NCBI GenBank assembly: GCA_018985235.1
Contig: JADGIG010000024.1
Span: 1 to 41,203, forward strand
DNA: 41,203 nucleotides
Direction: 5' to 3'
Source: Sanchytrium tribonematis
Taxonomy: Eukaryota
A program made the translations under genes and the position numbers. Shown in pieces: positions 9,499-20,171 of this stretch; within the stretch, counting starts at the first letter, position 1; each line of letters opens with the position of its first letter. The notes beneath the pieces were generated by a model. It saw only the letters and a list, made by a program, of their open reading frames with translations. It searched no databases and was not told where the DNA came from.

Positions 9499-11019
9499 TT
9501 AAATTCTACGAAACGTGATAGTCTCCACACACGTGAATTTTTTTCGAAACTCTGTGCAACTATTCACTCTGATTTGATTTTTTTGAAATGATAAGAGATT
9601 AGTGTAACCATACTCTCTCGGTCCAACCCTTTCTGATTTAGCTGTATCACCGCGCACAAGAGGTTCCATTTGAATATTTACTTCGTCAAAAGTATGAGTA
9701 TTGCGATGATAATTGATTACTCTTTTCCATTTGGTATCATCCATACAAGCAGGTAGAGCATTACACGCTACTCGATATACATAAATATAAGCACATCCAC
9801 TTCTATTTACCGCACGGAATAACCTTTTCAATACCCAATCAATTGCCTGTTCTTGGGTCTCATTGAGATAAATACCAGCACCAGAATCATGCCCGGAAAG
9901 ATCAAATTTACGAGTAGTTGGCATTCCGTCAGTGTCAAACCTACCACCATTAGATTCTGTGGAATGATATACTAACATACACCCAATTTCTTCGAATTTA
10001 TTCACAAGTTCAGAAAATTGTTTAACATATGGACTTTGATCCGTCGGAATTTTACCACCGCGAACTTGAATTTCAGATGTCTTGGTTCTACTGGGAGTGC
10101 TTGTGTTTTCATTAGTACTTTTTACAATGTCACTAAAACTCATCTGGAGGCGTTCCCCATAAAATTCATATGCAGAAAGTGTATGGTTTGTTGGGTACTC
10201 TGCTTCATATTCTAAATCTTTAAGGACTGCGTTCACAATATCGTTGCTAATGCCAAGCAGCTCGGAATCGTGTTCATTGGGGCCATCCTCTTGCTTCAAA
10301 TACTTGATGTACTCAACCACAGTATCAAAAAGGGAATTATGTAACTGTGGATCATAGGATTGACTTATTTGGTTACTTGCATCATGATTAAAGCCAATCG
10401 TTTTCAATATCTGAACCTCCTGAGAATAGTATTCCTCGGAAGCTTCCCAAATTTTGTTAAATTCCGCGTGAATATCATCTATGTTTTGTTTATAAAACTG
10501 CTCAGAAGTGGTTGATTCCTCTCCTGTCTTCAACAGAGTCAAGGGAGATTTTGAACTTGGTCTTCCAAACTGAAAATGCTCAACGACGATAATATTCTCG
10601 AATATATAAAGTCCTCGATAAAATGCAAATGGAAACAATCTTGTTTCTCCGTTGATCTTATGCAATTTTTCGAATTGGCTTTCGATTTCCGACGGCTCAA
10701 AATTTGGTCGATGCGCCTTGAAAAGTGAGCCATATGGGTCTGCAACAACTACTTTTGCCTTCTTCAACAACTCTGGGTTCAGATAATTTAATGTTGGCGC
10801 AGCAATTTTCACTTCATCAGAGCTTTGTTGGCAGCAATAATCAAGCAAGACCTCTAGACTAATGTTCTGAATATGAGTGATTAAACTAGATTTTGGAGTA
10901 TTTTTGAAGAAATTTTCAAGTGGTTGGTCTGCTGGAATTACCATTTTACCAAGATCTGGTATTTCAAAATAGTTGGGAGAGATGTTTGTCATTGAAGGAG
11001 AGAAAAAAATCAAAAACAT
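9499..11019 (-). CDS. fusion protein: PLD-superfamily (DUF5919-like) domain plus DUF3990-like ADP-ribosyltransferase-fold domain (506 aa)
   Basis: N-part (aa ~55-195): VVVADP, ETRLF, LYIFENIIVVEHFQFG, SP, EFNKIWEAS. C-part (aa ~347-506): VYHST, DSGAGIYL, QAIDW, YIYVY, W..VI..HR, VRG, NQI. Confidence 0.6.
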   Translation of the reverse strand: MFLIFFSPSMTNISPNYFEIPDLGKMVIPADQPLENFFKNTPKSSLITHIQNISLEVLLDYCCQQSSDEVKIAAPTLNYLNPELLKKAKVVVADPYGSLFKAHRPNFEPSEIESQFEKLHKINGETRLFPFAFYRGLYIFENIIVVEHFQFGRPSSKSPLTLLKTGEESTTSEQFYKQNIDDIHAEFNKIWEASEEYYSQEVQILKTIGFNHDASNQISQSYDPQLHNSLFDTVVEYIKYLKQEDGPNEHDSELLGISNDIVNAVLKDLEYEAEYPTNHTLSAYEFYGERLQMSFSDIVKSTNENTSTPSRTKTSEIQVRGGKIPTDQSPYVKQFSELVNKFEEIGCMLVYHSTESNGGRFDTDGMPTTRKFDLSGHDSGAGIYLNETQEQAIDWVLKRLFRAVNRSGCAYIYVYRVACNALPACMDDTKWKRVINYHRNTHTFDEVNIQMEPLVRGDTAKSERVGPREYGYTNLLSFQKNQIRVNSCTEFRKKFTCVETITFRRI

Positions 11020-12120
11020 GGGAGATCTTTGATCATGCGCAACACAAAGCGAATTTGAGGCCCAAACTTGGTATATTCCCTTGGTTCTTCATCTTTCCAA
11101 TTTTAAAAATATTACCGTCGCATCTAGGCCCTTTAAAGCAAGACATTTGATATATATCATTACTAATTAATTCAGGTTAATTCCTTCTATATCCCTCAAT
11201 TGTATTCTTCAGGGTGTCTGTAGTAGATTTAAATTCGTAATAATCTGGATCCTTTACGGGATCAATATGAAGCCAATAGCTGAATACAACTCCGAAGTTC
11301 TTGTTTTACGCCTAAAGCCCCTATCAATTGCGAATGCATAATCAAAGATTTCATGTTCTAAATTATAGTGATTCTCTTCTCTTATCTCCAAATCAGAATA
11401 AATGACAAACTTCCACAAATCCAAATATTTTTATGATCAGGACAATATAATTTTTAATTTCCTTCCTATATACCAGACATTATAGGATGTTTCTCATGTG
11501 TGCAATACAAAGTTCCTTTAATACAATTTATTGTGTTTAAAAGAAAGTATAGCTATGGAACTTTAAGTCTATAATGACCACACAGTCAACCGGTCCTTTG
11601 ATCCAAATTTTCAGTTGGCTTGGGTTATTCATATTTCCATTATTAATTGCTTTGCAACTGTTTCCAAAATACTCCTCTTCTCTTTAGCTTCAGCTTTAAA
11701 CTTTGTAAATAAATGTCAAATCCTAGGGAAAGTTCTAACTGTGTGATTTTTTTTTACCGAAATTTTAGTTGAATGGATCTCTTCGAGTTTGATGTCAACA
11801 GAACTAAGGTATGCGGAAGATCCGACGCCTTGGGGTCTTAAAGATAATTAAATTGTGTAACTTTTAAATAATCCAGCATTATGTAAAAGCATTTTGATTT
11901 TCTTATTTGTTGTGATGAAGACTTAAAAAACTCTTTAATCGTTTGAGCAATTTAGGCGTGAGTAATTCGAAATAAATTAATAAATGTTGCAATTGATAAA
12001 ATTGTGACAAATATGCATTACAACATCAAATTCTGTAGCTTTAATATGTGAAGTACGCGTTCATTTATGTGAGTATTGACAAAATAGTTGTTGCCAAAGT
12101 GCTCCCCCCGAAACTAGATA

Positions 12121-15100
12121 ATGTCTTTAGAAATTTTACGTCACGCAATTGCAAATCCAAAGGATACAAATTTTGACATCATTTCACACATGAGAAATGT
12201 TGAAGGTGATGCAAGATTGTTAAACTCTTTGAATTTAGAAGTCATTCATGGTTTGCAAACTTTAAACATTGAAAATTTAACTCTTTCTTATGACGCAATT
12301 ATGAAAGTAACTAAGTCATTATTGGAATCTGAATCTTGTTCTGAATCATTAATACTATATCATTATGCAGTGACTAGAATACTGCTTACAAAATTTAAGC
12401 CGAACATTAATCGGAGGAAAAAGACCCCATTTCATATTGATTTTTATTTTAGTAACTTGGAAGAATTTGCTGACAAATCAGACCAGTCTGAGGCTATATT
12501 GATGTCAGTTTTAGACCTCTTTCAATTTGATCTGATACAATTTGCCGTTCCTTATCAATCAGTTGCTGCGATTTTGATTAAGTCTTGTCACAATAATTTA
12601 TCAGGGCAGTACAAGACATGCATTCCAACTATCTTATCTACTTCCGAGATCAATATTACTCACTTTGCTCAATCTTTAAATGAATTAGCCACATTGGAAG
12701 ATGACCATGTTTACTTTACAACCATGCAAATTCTTATTGATCTTCAGGATGAAAGCACTACTTTGTATAAAAATATGGCACATATGCTCTCTCTTGTAAA
12801 CTCTGATCAATTATACCATCAATTGCCTGTCATACAGCCATTATTCAATTCCCCATCTCCTCATATCAGAATGGCAATGATCACCGCATCCACCCAGTTT
12901 ATGCTGTCAAATGCTGTCTCAGAGCATCCCCATGATTCCTCTGAAATGTTGAGTCTAGTAATGGATCGCTTCCTTGATCAACACGGTCAGTGCAGAAGCA
13001 AAGCAGTTCAAAGTGTCGGTGAATTGATGGCTAATAAAGCTATACCACCACAAATGCACTCTCAGGTCACTCAGGATATCATGTCTAGGACAAAAGATAC
13101 CTCACATTTTTGTAGAAAATCAGCTTTAAAATCATTGATTCCTTGCATCAATAATCACCCTTTTTATAAAGATGGAGGACATTTAAGTGATTCAGAATGT
13201 AATGGCAAACTTGATTTAATCAACACTTTAATGACCAGCTTGGAAGAAAATGCATTAACTCCCGAACATCAATCACAAATTACCAATTTACTGGAACAAT
13301 TCCAATCTTCTATTGGCGATGTATCTAGTGCTACTCAATTGCAGCAGTCTTTGACTGTCATTCAGAAATATTACATGGAATACGCAGATTTTATCAATAT
13401 ATTTACTGAAAATATTCCTCACATTTCATCTTGTTTGTTGAGTAAGCAAAAAACGCTTGTTCAACAATGTATCACTCTTGTATACGAATTAACCATCTAC
13501 CAGCATGATCTTGGAATCACATTGCTTAAGCAGGTCATGCAATGTATTTGGAGAAAAGAGGCCTCCACTGGGCATGTAGAGTTGAAAACGATGAAGGCAA
13601 ATATCATCAACATGTTTAATACTTACTTTTTTGGAGTTGATGAGCATGTAGCTACCAAAAGATTAATTGCATTTTATCATTGTTGTAATGACGTCGATCT
13701 TTTGGGGATTCGAGAAATATTAAAAGATGTGGATAATACCGAGACTGAAGCAAATATTGAAGCTGTAGTTTTAAAACTTGTGAATATCATAAATAGTGAT
13801 GTGGTCACCAAAGAGCAAAAACGAGCTGCAACTGGTGTTTTAGAATGCCTAAATGTAAATATTACCGATATCAAAACATTGTACTCAAATTATCCTAGTG
13901 CTGCTATATTAGAATTATTAGATCCGTCAGATGTCAAGTGGGCATTTACTGTGATTCATCAAATGGATTATGCAAGTTTACGGTGTATTTGCCTTAAACT
14001 GAACCAGATTGAAGATATGGAGGAACTGCTAAATCTTATTTATCAACAATATGCTAATACAAAACAAGTGGAAGATCTCATACGCCTTCTTGTGGCATCC
14101 GCTTTTTGTGCTACTCAATCTGGTGACGTGCTGAATTCTGTTCTTTCTCAAAGTCTGGCAGCAACCCCGGCACAAGCAAATTCAAATATTGTGGCTTCTA
14201 TGGAAGACGTTTTCACAAATTACATGGAAAATTTAAGAGAGCAAGAAATGTGGTCACATGAATGTTTTTACAAAGGAATGGGAGATTTTGTTTCCTTTAG
14301 TGTCAGAAATTTGCATAAAATTAAAAACAAGCAGCTACAGTTGGCTTTTTATCAATGTTTAGGTCAGTTTATGGTGACTAGTCAGGGTTATTTGCAAGTT
14401 CATCTGGATTATTTTATTGAATTACTCAAGTTAGAGCACCTAACTAGAACGGGTATAGTTGTAATTGGAGATCTCATGATCACCCATTCACATTCGTTGT
14501 ATTCTCACGTTCATTTCATTTTCCCGTTTTTGGAAAGCGACAACGTCAATGTGGTTATTACCACTGTTCTCGTTATGACCCGTTTAATTCTTCAAGGATT
14601 AATAAAGTCCAAGGGTGTGCTTGGAAATCTGAGTCATCTTTTAATTCACAAGGATTCAAATGTAGCATTGATGATTCAAGGATTTTTCATAGAATTGAGC
14701 GAAAAAGACGATTCCATTTATAATAATATTGTCGATATTGTAAGTCATCTTCATTCTGCAAAATGTGATATGGACGGGTTTATAGAAATATTACAATTTC
14801 TTTATTCTTTCTTGTCTAGTCATCAAACTGAAAGTGTATTAGAAAGATTTTTGGTGAGATTTGAAAATGAGTATGATGATTATTTGCTTACTTCGTTGGA
14901 CCTACTATCTCAGAGCTTGAATGATCAGTCCACATCTACGACTGAAGAAGCTACCAACAATCCGACTTTAAATAGTTCATGCTCCAAATACCTTTCGAAA
15001 TGGATTGGCTGTTTTAAATATTACAAGGAAGCTTTGAGAAACAAAAAAGTCAATGAGATATTTGTGAAGTGCTGCAAACGTCTAGAGAAATATTTGAAAG

Positions 15101-15264
15101 TGGAAGAAAAAATGAGCTTAAATGAATTGGTAAAAGAAATGGAAGCTTGCCTCATAAATTCCAGTCCTAAGCTAGACAAGAGAATGAAAAAATTAAGCTT
15201 GAAGCCTCTTGAAGCAATGGCTGGTTCCGAGGATGAGATATTGACTGATATTGCTGAAGAATAA
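12121..15264 (+). CDS. YCS4: condensin complex subunit 1 (CAP-D2/Cnd1/Ycs4), HEAT-repeat protein (1047 aa)
   Basis: RFLD...CRSKAVQ; R.KD.S..CRK.A.K.L....NHPF; C-terminal Cnd1-like region (VIGDL, LILQGLIKSKG, FFIELSEKD.SIYN...DI.SHL). Confidence 0.85.
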   Translation: MSLEILRHAIANPKDTNFDIISHMRNVEGDARLLNSLNLEVIHGLQTLNIENLTLSYDAIMKVTKSLLESESCSESLILYHYAVTRILLTKFKPNINRRKKTPFHIDFYFSNLEEFADKSDQSEAILMSVLDLFQFDLIQFAVPYQSVAAILIKSCHNNLSGQYKTCIPTILSTSEINITHFAQSLNELATLEDDHVYFTTMQILIDLQDESTTLYKNMAHMLSLVNSDQLYHQLPVIQPLFNSPSPHIRMAMITASTQFMLSNAVSEHPHDSSEMLSLVMDRFLDQHGQCRSKAVQSVGELMANKAIPPQMHSQVTQDIMSRTKDTSHFCRKSALKSLIPCINNHPFYKDGGHLSDSECNGKLDLINTLMTSLEENALTPEHQSQITNLLEQFQSSIGDVSSATQLQQSLTVIQKYYMEYADFINIFTENIPHISSCLLSKQKTLVQQCITLVYELTIYQHDLGITLLKQVMQCIWRKEASTGHVELKTMKANIINMFNTYFFGVDEHVATKRLIAFYHCCNDVDLLGIREILKDVDNTETEANIEAVVLKLVNIINSDVVTKEQKRAATGVLECLNVNITDIKTLYSNYPSAAILELLDPSDVKWAFTVIHQMDYASLRCICLKLNQIEDMEELLNLIYQQYANTKQVEDLIRLLVASAFCATQSGDVLNSVLSQSLAATPAQANSNIVASMEDVFTNYMENLREQEMWSHECFYKGMGDFVSFSVRNLHKIKNKQLQLAFYQCLGQFMVTSQGYLQVHLDYFIELLKLEHLTRTGIVVIGDLMITHSHSLYSHVHFIFPFLESDNVNVVITTVLVMTRLILQGLIKSKGVLGNLSHLLIHKDSNVALMIQGFFIELSEKDDSIYNNIVDIVSHLHSAKCDMDGFIEILQFLYSFLSSHQTESVLERFLVRFENEYDDYLLTSLDLLSQSLNDQSTSTTEEATNNPTLNSSCSKYLSKWIGCFKYYKEALRNKKVNEIFVKCCKRLEKYLKVEEKMSLNELVKEMEACLINSSPKLDKRMKKLSLKPLEAMAGSEDEILTDIAEE

Positions 15265-15293
15265 ACGTTATAGGAATGGGACGAGTTTATTAA

Positions 15294-15843
15294 TTATTCT
15301 TGATCGTTGTTTGAGCCTCCATTGCTGCCAAGCTTGAGAGCTCTAATAAATTCTTTGTAATTATATCGATTTAACGGGTCTGCTGGAGTTCCTTTGAAAA
15401 ACGCCTCCACCTAAATAAATTAATAATACCTCTTCTTCCGTCATTCTATCACCATAATTCAAAAGCCAATCTCTTAGCTCATCCATATCACAAAAGCCGG
15501 TTCTTCTGTCATCAAAATATTCAAAAGCTTGAATCAATTCATGTTCAGCATCAGTTCCGTTCATTCTTTCACCAAATAATGTTAAAAAAATTGTAAAATT
15601 GATACTTCCAGGTGCGTCTTGTAACATTTCTTCAATATAGGCATCATTTTGACTTTGTGCTGTTTGGCCTAAGCTAGCCAACATATCTTTCAAGTCTTCT
15701 TTGTCAATAAACCCATCTTGATCATGATCGATCATGCTGAAGGCTTCCTTAAATTCTCCGATTTGTTTTTGGTCGAACATAGCGAATATGTTGGAATTTT
15801 GACGAGCGGCTCTTCTTTTGACTTTCTTTCTGGTAGCAGACAT
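15294..15843 (-). CDS. myosin II regulatory light chain; 2 exons (15843-15430, 15410-15294), 176 aa
   Basis: RQNSNIFAMFDQKQIGEFKEAFSMIDHDQDGFIDKEDLKDMLASLG. After splicing the C-terminus reads MTEEE|VEAFFKGTPADPLNRYNYKEFIRALKLG, the expected fourth EF-hand region. Confidence 0.93.
15411..15429 (-). other. 19-nt GT-AG spliceosomal intron
   Basis: GTATTATTAATTTATTTAG. Removal restores the conserved RLC C-terminus. Confidence 0.93.
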
Positions 15844-16279
15844 GAAGACGTCGGTTTCACAATTCGAGAGTTAAATTTACAACTCTGAAATTTTTGAAGA
15901 AATACAAATGAGCAGTAGGTCTTAATAAACCCAGTTTATTCAAATATTACTATTATTGCGAAATTTAACGATCTGCTCCCGAATTTTATATTTAACTGGG
16001 CAGCTCTGAATTTATTGAGTAACACTTTAGTTCAATAAAAAATTTAAGCTTACAGACCATATTAAATTGCGGCTAACACATACGCCTAATCCTAAGTCAA
16101 TTTCCTATTTTAGTGGCTCTTCTAGGTTTTGATAAATTTTAAAATGAGTAATCCCATAGTTATTCGTTGAAATTCAAGAGAAATATAAAGAATTTGATTT
16201 CGTCAAAAGTGTCGAAATATTGCAGGCAATGCCTAAGTGAAAGCCAGTTGTCGAAGTTGGATGATTTCAAACACGGAAA

Positions 16280-17101
16280 ATGGAACGTTTTTTTGGACAA
16301 AAGAGAAGTTCAAAATTCGAGAGAGATGATGACTATACTCCGGAAAATAATGTCAAACATAACAAGAAATACAAAACCAGGTCTTCAGAGCGGCAGCAGG
16401 AAAAAAAGTGTTTCGAGAATCAAATTTCTTGTGCCATTTTTGAGCTATTACCAGAAGATCTTCGATATATTTTGTCACAGCACTCTTATAAGTGTGCCTA
16501 CCTTTTTGGATTTTACGACCAATTATCACAATTTCGGAACAAGCCATTAAAAATCACACTTTTACTTTATCGACAAATAATAAGATGTTGTCAACCAATT
16601 TTAACTTTTTGGTTTGATGGTTACTGGCAAATCTTGATCAACCACGATAGCAAAACCTCTACTTTAATGAAATTCCAAAATGAAAATTCATTCCGCTCGG
16701 GCTTACTAGAAATATTGCTCAAAAAAGTGATTCTAGTTACCAATGACATGATATACTGTTCGTACAAATATGAAATTGAGCTCCACCCGACTCTAAAACC
16801 GTTCAAAATTTTGACTTTTGACCCTAAATTTGACGAAATGGACATCTTTGAACTTATAGAATTGTACTTGAATTTCGTCAATAGTTTTGAGCCATTCAAA
16901 GAGCCCAAGATATCGTTTGCTTATCACACATACACAGAACACTCTGAATTTCAAAATATTTCATATCAATGGATACTTTTAGGAAACAGCTTTTTTAAAG
17001 TTTGCAAATATTTTGATGGCAAATTTTATATATGTGAATATGGAGACAAAAAAAGCATAGGTGAGAAGGATTTTTCGTATAATTGGAAAAGGAGGAATTA
17101 A
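16280..17101 (+). CDS. hypothetical protein (273 aa), possible degenerate F-box-like motif
   Basis: Long ATG-TAA ORF in AT-rich DNA; basic N-terminus; IFELLPEDLRYILS resembles L..LP.E...IL. Confidence 0.55.
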   Translation: MERFFGQKRSSKFERDDDYTPENNVKHNKKYKTRSSERQQEKKCFENQISCAIFELLPEDLRYILSQHSYKCAYLFGFYDQLSQFRNKPLKITLLLYRQIIRCCQPILTFWFDGYWQILINHDSKTSTLMKFQNENSFRSGLLEILLKKVILVTNDMIYCSYKYEIELHPTLKPFKILTFDPKFDEMDIFELIELYLNFVNSFEPFKEPKISFAYHTYTEHSEFQNISYQWILLGNSFFKVCKYFDGKFYICEYGDKKSIGEKDFSYNWKRRN

Positions 17102-17157
17102 TTTTAATAATGCTCAGATTTTCAAATTAAGCAGGCCAACTATTTAATTGAAGTAAT

Positions 17158-18150
17158 TTATTTTAAATTTAACGCATCATTAAAATCGTGACGAAGTTCT
17201 TCTGCAGCATGGAGAGCTGATAAACAAGCGCCTTCAATTTTCGAGTCACCGAAGCCATCTCCTGCTAAAATCAATGTCTTGGGACCATTTGAATAATGAT
17301 ACGTCGACTTTTTAAATGTGTTTTTTGGCTGAGAATAGTCCCATCTTAATACCTTGGCCTTTGATAAAGACAAATCCGATAGTGCCTCGATAGATTTCCA
17401 TTCAGAGTTTACTTTATCGATGATGTCGCGATCGGATTTTTTGAAATAGGCTTCGCTGAACTCTTTGCCACAATGAATGGTGATAATTTCTTTATCAGTA
17501 ATACCTTTAGTGTGATTATTAGCAACGAAGTCAATGACCGATCCTTTATGTTGATATGCTCCGTTCTCTCCAATTTTAAATTTGTCGTCCAACTCCATAA
17601 TAAGAGTGACGCAAGGCCAGTATTTCACTTCAGCTAATTTTTCAAAATCAGCTTTTGGAATAATATCCTCCACAAGCTTTAAAGACTTAGGCAATGGGGC
17701 GGTCAACACAACGTGGTCGGCCTTCATGATGCCCTTATTAGTATGCAATATAAATTCGTTTTCCGACTCTTCAATCGTATTAACCTGAGTCTTGTACTTG
17801 ATTTTTAAATTTTCGCAAAGATCATCAACTAGATTCCCCATGCCATCAACTGCGCAATAACGCGGATAATTGTCATTTTTTGGAGGAAAACCCTCACTCC
17901 ACACTTTCACTAGATTTTGAGACTTCCATTCTTGAACAAGTTTGCCAAATTCATCAGTACGGACCGTAAAAAATTGAGCGCCAGTGTCTGCTTCGTTTGT
18001 TTCTGTTCTTCCATGTCCATGCTCTGTTTGTTCGAGCACGATAGATTCGATTTCAGATTCTTTCAATTTGTTGGCGATAATTGAACCGGTGATTCCGCTC
18101 CCAATTATAACGTTTGATACCATTTTGCAACTACGCTGGAGAAGTGTCAT
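17158..18150 (-). CDS. renalase-like FAD/NAD(P)-dependent oxidoreductase (alternative ATG at 18123)
   Basis: IIGSGITG Rossmann motif; DTGAQFFTVR; GM..L...L; VVLTAPLP; RWDYSQP; LAGDGF...IEGA.LS. Confidence 0.85.
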   Translation of the reverse strand: MTLLQRSCKMVSNVIIGSGITGSIIANKLKESEIESIVLEQTEHGHGRTETNEADTGAQFFTVRTDEFGKLVQEWKSQNLVKVWSEGFPPKNDNYPRYCAVDGMGNLVDDLCENLKIKYKTQVNTIEESENEFILHTNKGIMKADHVVLTAPLPKSLKLVEDIIPKADFEKLAEVKYWPCVTLIMELDDKFKIGENGAYQHKGSVIDFVANNHTKGITDKEIITIHCGKEFSEAYFKKSDRDIIDKVNSEWKSIEALSDLSLSKAKVLRWDYSQPKNTFKKSTYHYSNGPKTLILAGDGFGDSKIEGACLSALHAAEELRHDFNDALNLK

Positions 18151-18630
18151 TCTTATTCAAAATCTAATTTTTAGAGCCCCCTTGAGCAGATAAGTACTAA
18201 CTTTTTGTTGTAAGATGTGCAAGAGTTCCAAGATGTAGGTGATTCCTCATATTCATCAATATGGGACACGCTCTGTGCAATTGAGTCGATTCATTAAAGG
18301 AAAAGATCCTATTGATATTCGAGCACTTAAAATTTTAAATGAATTCTTGGCAAATTAAAGGGACAACAAACTGTATTTTCGCTCATTGTTTTTGTTTATT
18401 GTGCTAGAATTTAATGTGTCGAAGTGCAAATGCTGTTAGATTGTGCTTTAATCACATGCATTGGCAAGATGATGCGTTGCAAGTCTTTTTTAGCCTAGAT
18501 GATTAAAATTAGGTTAAATTAGTCTTTACATTTGAATGAAGATTTAAAACGATTCGATTGGTCAGCATGCATATTTAGTTTAGTTTTTATATTTGGATTG
18601 CTATATAAAATTTTCGACTCTTTCTAGTTA

Positions 18631-18704
18631 TTAGATTTGATGTCCCATATGAGGTTTCGGAGTCAGCTTTTACATTTGATGTCCCACATGATTTTTAGGA
18701 GTTA
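18631..18704. repeat. imperfect direct repeat, 35-nt unit at 39-nt period
   Basis: TTAGATTTGATGTCCCATATGAGGTTTCGGAGTCA versus TTACATTTGATGTCCCACATGATTTTTAGGAGTTA (29/35 identical). Confidence 0.8.
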
Positions 18705-18780
18705 AACTGATTAACTTTTCACCAATCTGACTTGTGGACGACTCCTTTAAAAAGGAACGGCATAAAAATAAACGTGACTG

Positions 18781-19026
18781 ATGGACATTAGACTAACTGG
18801 TAAAAGGGTTCGTGAAATAGTAGAAATCTTAAAAGCTGGAGAGGATCCTGAATTGGCAGAAGATTTTAATAATTTGGTTGTTAATTTGTTACCAAGTTGT
18901 CTAATTCATGTAACTGATTTCTTTCAAATACCTACCTATGGAATAGCTAGTGATGATGTTGTTTATGTAACAAGAGGGCTTAAGGATGATGATAAAAGAT
19001 TGATAAAATCCAAACTGTTTAAATAA
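18781..19026 (+). CDS. small hypothetical protein (81 aa)
   Basis: ATG-TAA ORF with globular-protein composition; the stop lies within AATAAA like neighbouring genes. Confidence 0.55.
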   Translation: MDIRLTGKRVREIVEILKAGEDPELAEDFNNLVVNLLPSCLIHVTDFFQIPTYGIASDDVVYVTRGLKDDDKRLIKSKLFK

Positions 19027-20171
19027 ACATTGTAAATTCTAACAATAGTATTTTTCGAGTCTTAGTTCCAATATGCTAGTCTTGCATTCAATATGAGCAT
19101 GAAAAACACCAACAATAAGGTGATATAAATTCTCTTTCTCTAATAGTTTCAACCGTCCAACATTCATAGGATCATTGGACACCTGGACCGCTCAAATTCA
19201 GGTGAAATCCAAATATATTTGTCTAAAAACTTGACATATTTTATTCTCTTCAAACCCAAAGCTCTGACTAAAAATAATTTGATCCAAAATCAGCGTATTG
19301 CTTCACATTAGTTGTTATTCTTATTACGTCTCTAAATTCTGTATCATCTTTTTAAAAATCAGTCTGTTACCAATTAAATTTAGTATTTTGATATCAACAA
19401 TTCCTGTTAATTGTACAATAAATTTCAAGTCGTCTTTTCTGAAGCAATCACTGGCAAGTGGTAAATATTCAGTTCAGTCACACCCAATCTTTTAGCAACC
19501 TATCACAAAGTGTTTCCGTGGAAACTCAGATGCTTCCGCATTCATATTTAAAGATTTATCTTACAATCTAATGTTAACACAGATTTAGATTTGTCGCATA
19601 TAATGACGTTTAAATAAAATTTGTTCGTGTGAAAGTACTTGAGAGTTATATGAATTTGAAACAATTACATTACAGTATAATTTTATTAATTTAATCCGAA
19701 ACTGCCGATCCTAGTTTAGTTATTTTAGTTTCTTCAAGCAACCCTCGTCTAGATTCATTAGTGTAAATGTCGTCAAAACTTTAAATTTTTACAAAAAACA
19801 AGATTTAATCCGAGTCTAGTTTCCACAGGGCGTGTCCTTTTATGTTAAGATAGTTTGGAATGATTCCTAACTTATCATTTCATGAATTAGAAAAGAATTT
19901 CTGGATTGCCTGCAAAACTCAGGTGAAATTTGCATCGCTCATTCAATTTGTAATTCTAATTCTTAAAAATTTATTGAGAAATTTGTATTCAATTATCTGG
20001 CTCTGATAAATCTAACGATACAAAGCGACTTGGGCCTAATCGATTATTACCACAATAAAAGATTTAATTTTTTTGAAACATACAATAGTACATAATTAAT
20101 ATGTTTAAGTATAACATGATTGCCAGAATGGTAAGGGTTAAGATCATGCATAGACGTAAGCAGCCTGAAAC

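Noticed and set aside
11150..11450. Protein-like broken reading frames on the minus strand (similar fragments at about 19050-19500)
   Set aside because: No recognisable homology and no consensus intron joins them, so a pseudogene call cannot be supported.
15910..16000. Possible pseudoknot (GAGCAG/CTGCTC and CCCAGTT/AACTGGG)
   Set aside because: The stems are only 6-7 bp and there are no snRNA, SRP or RNase P/MRP signature motifs.
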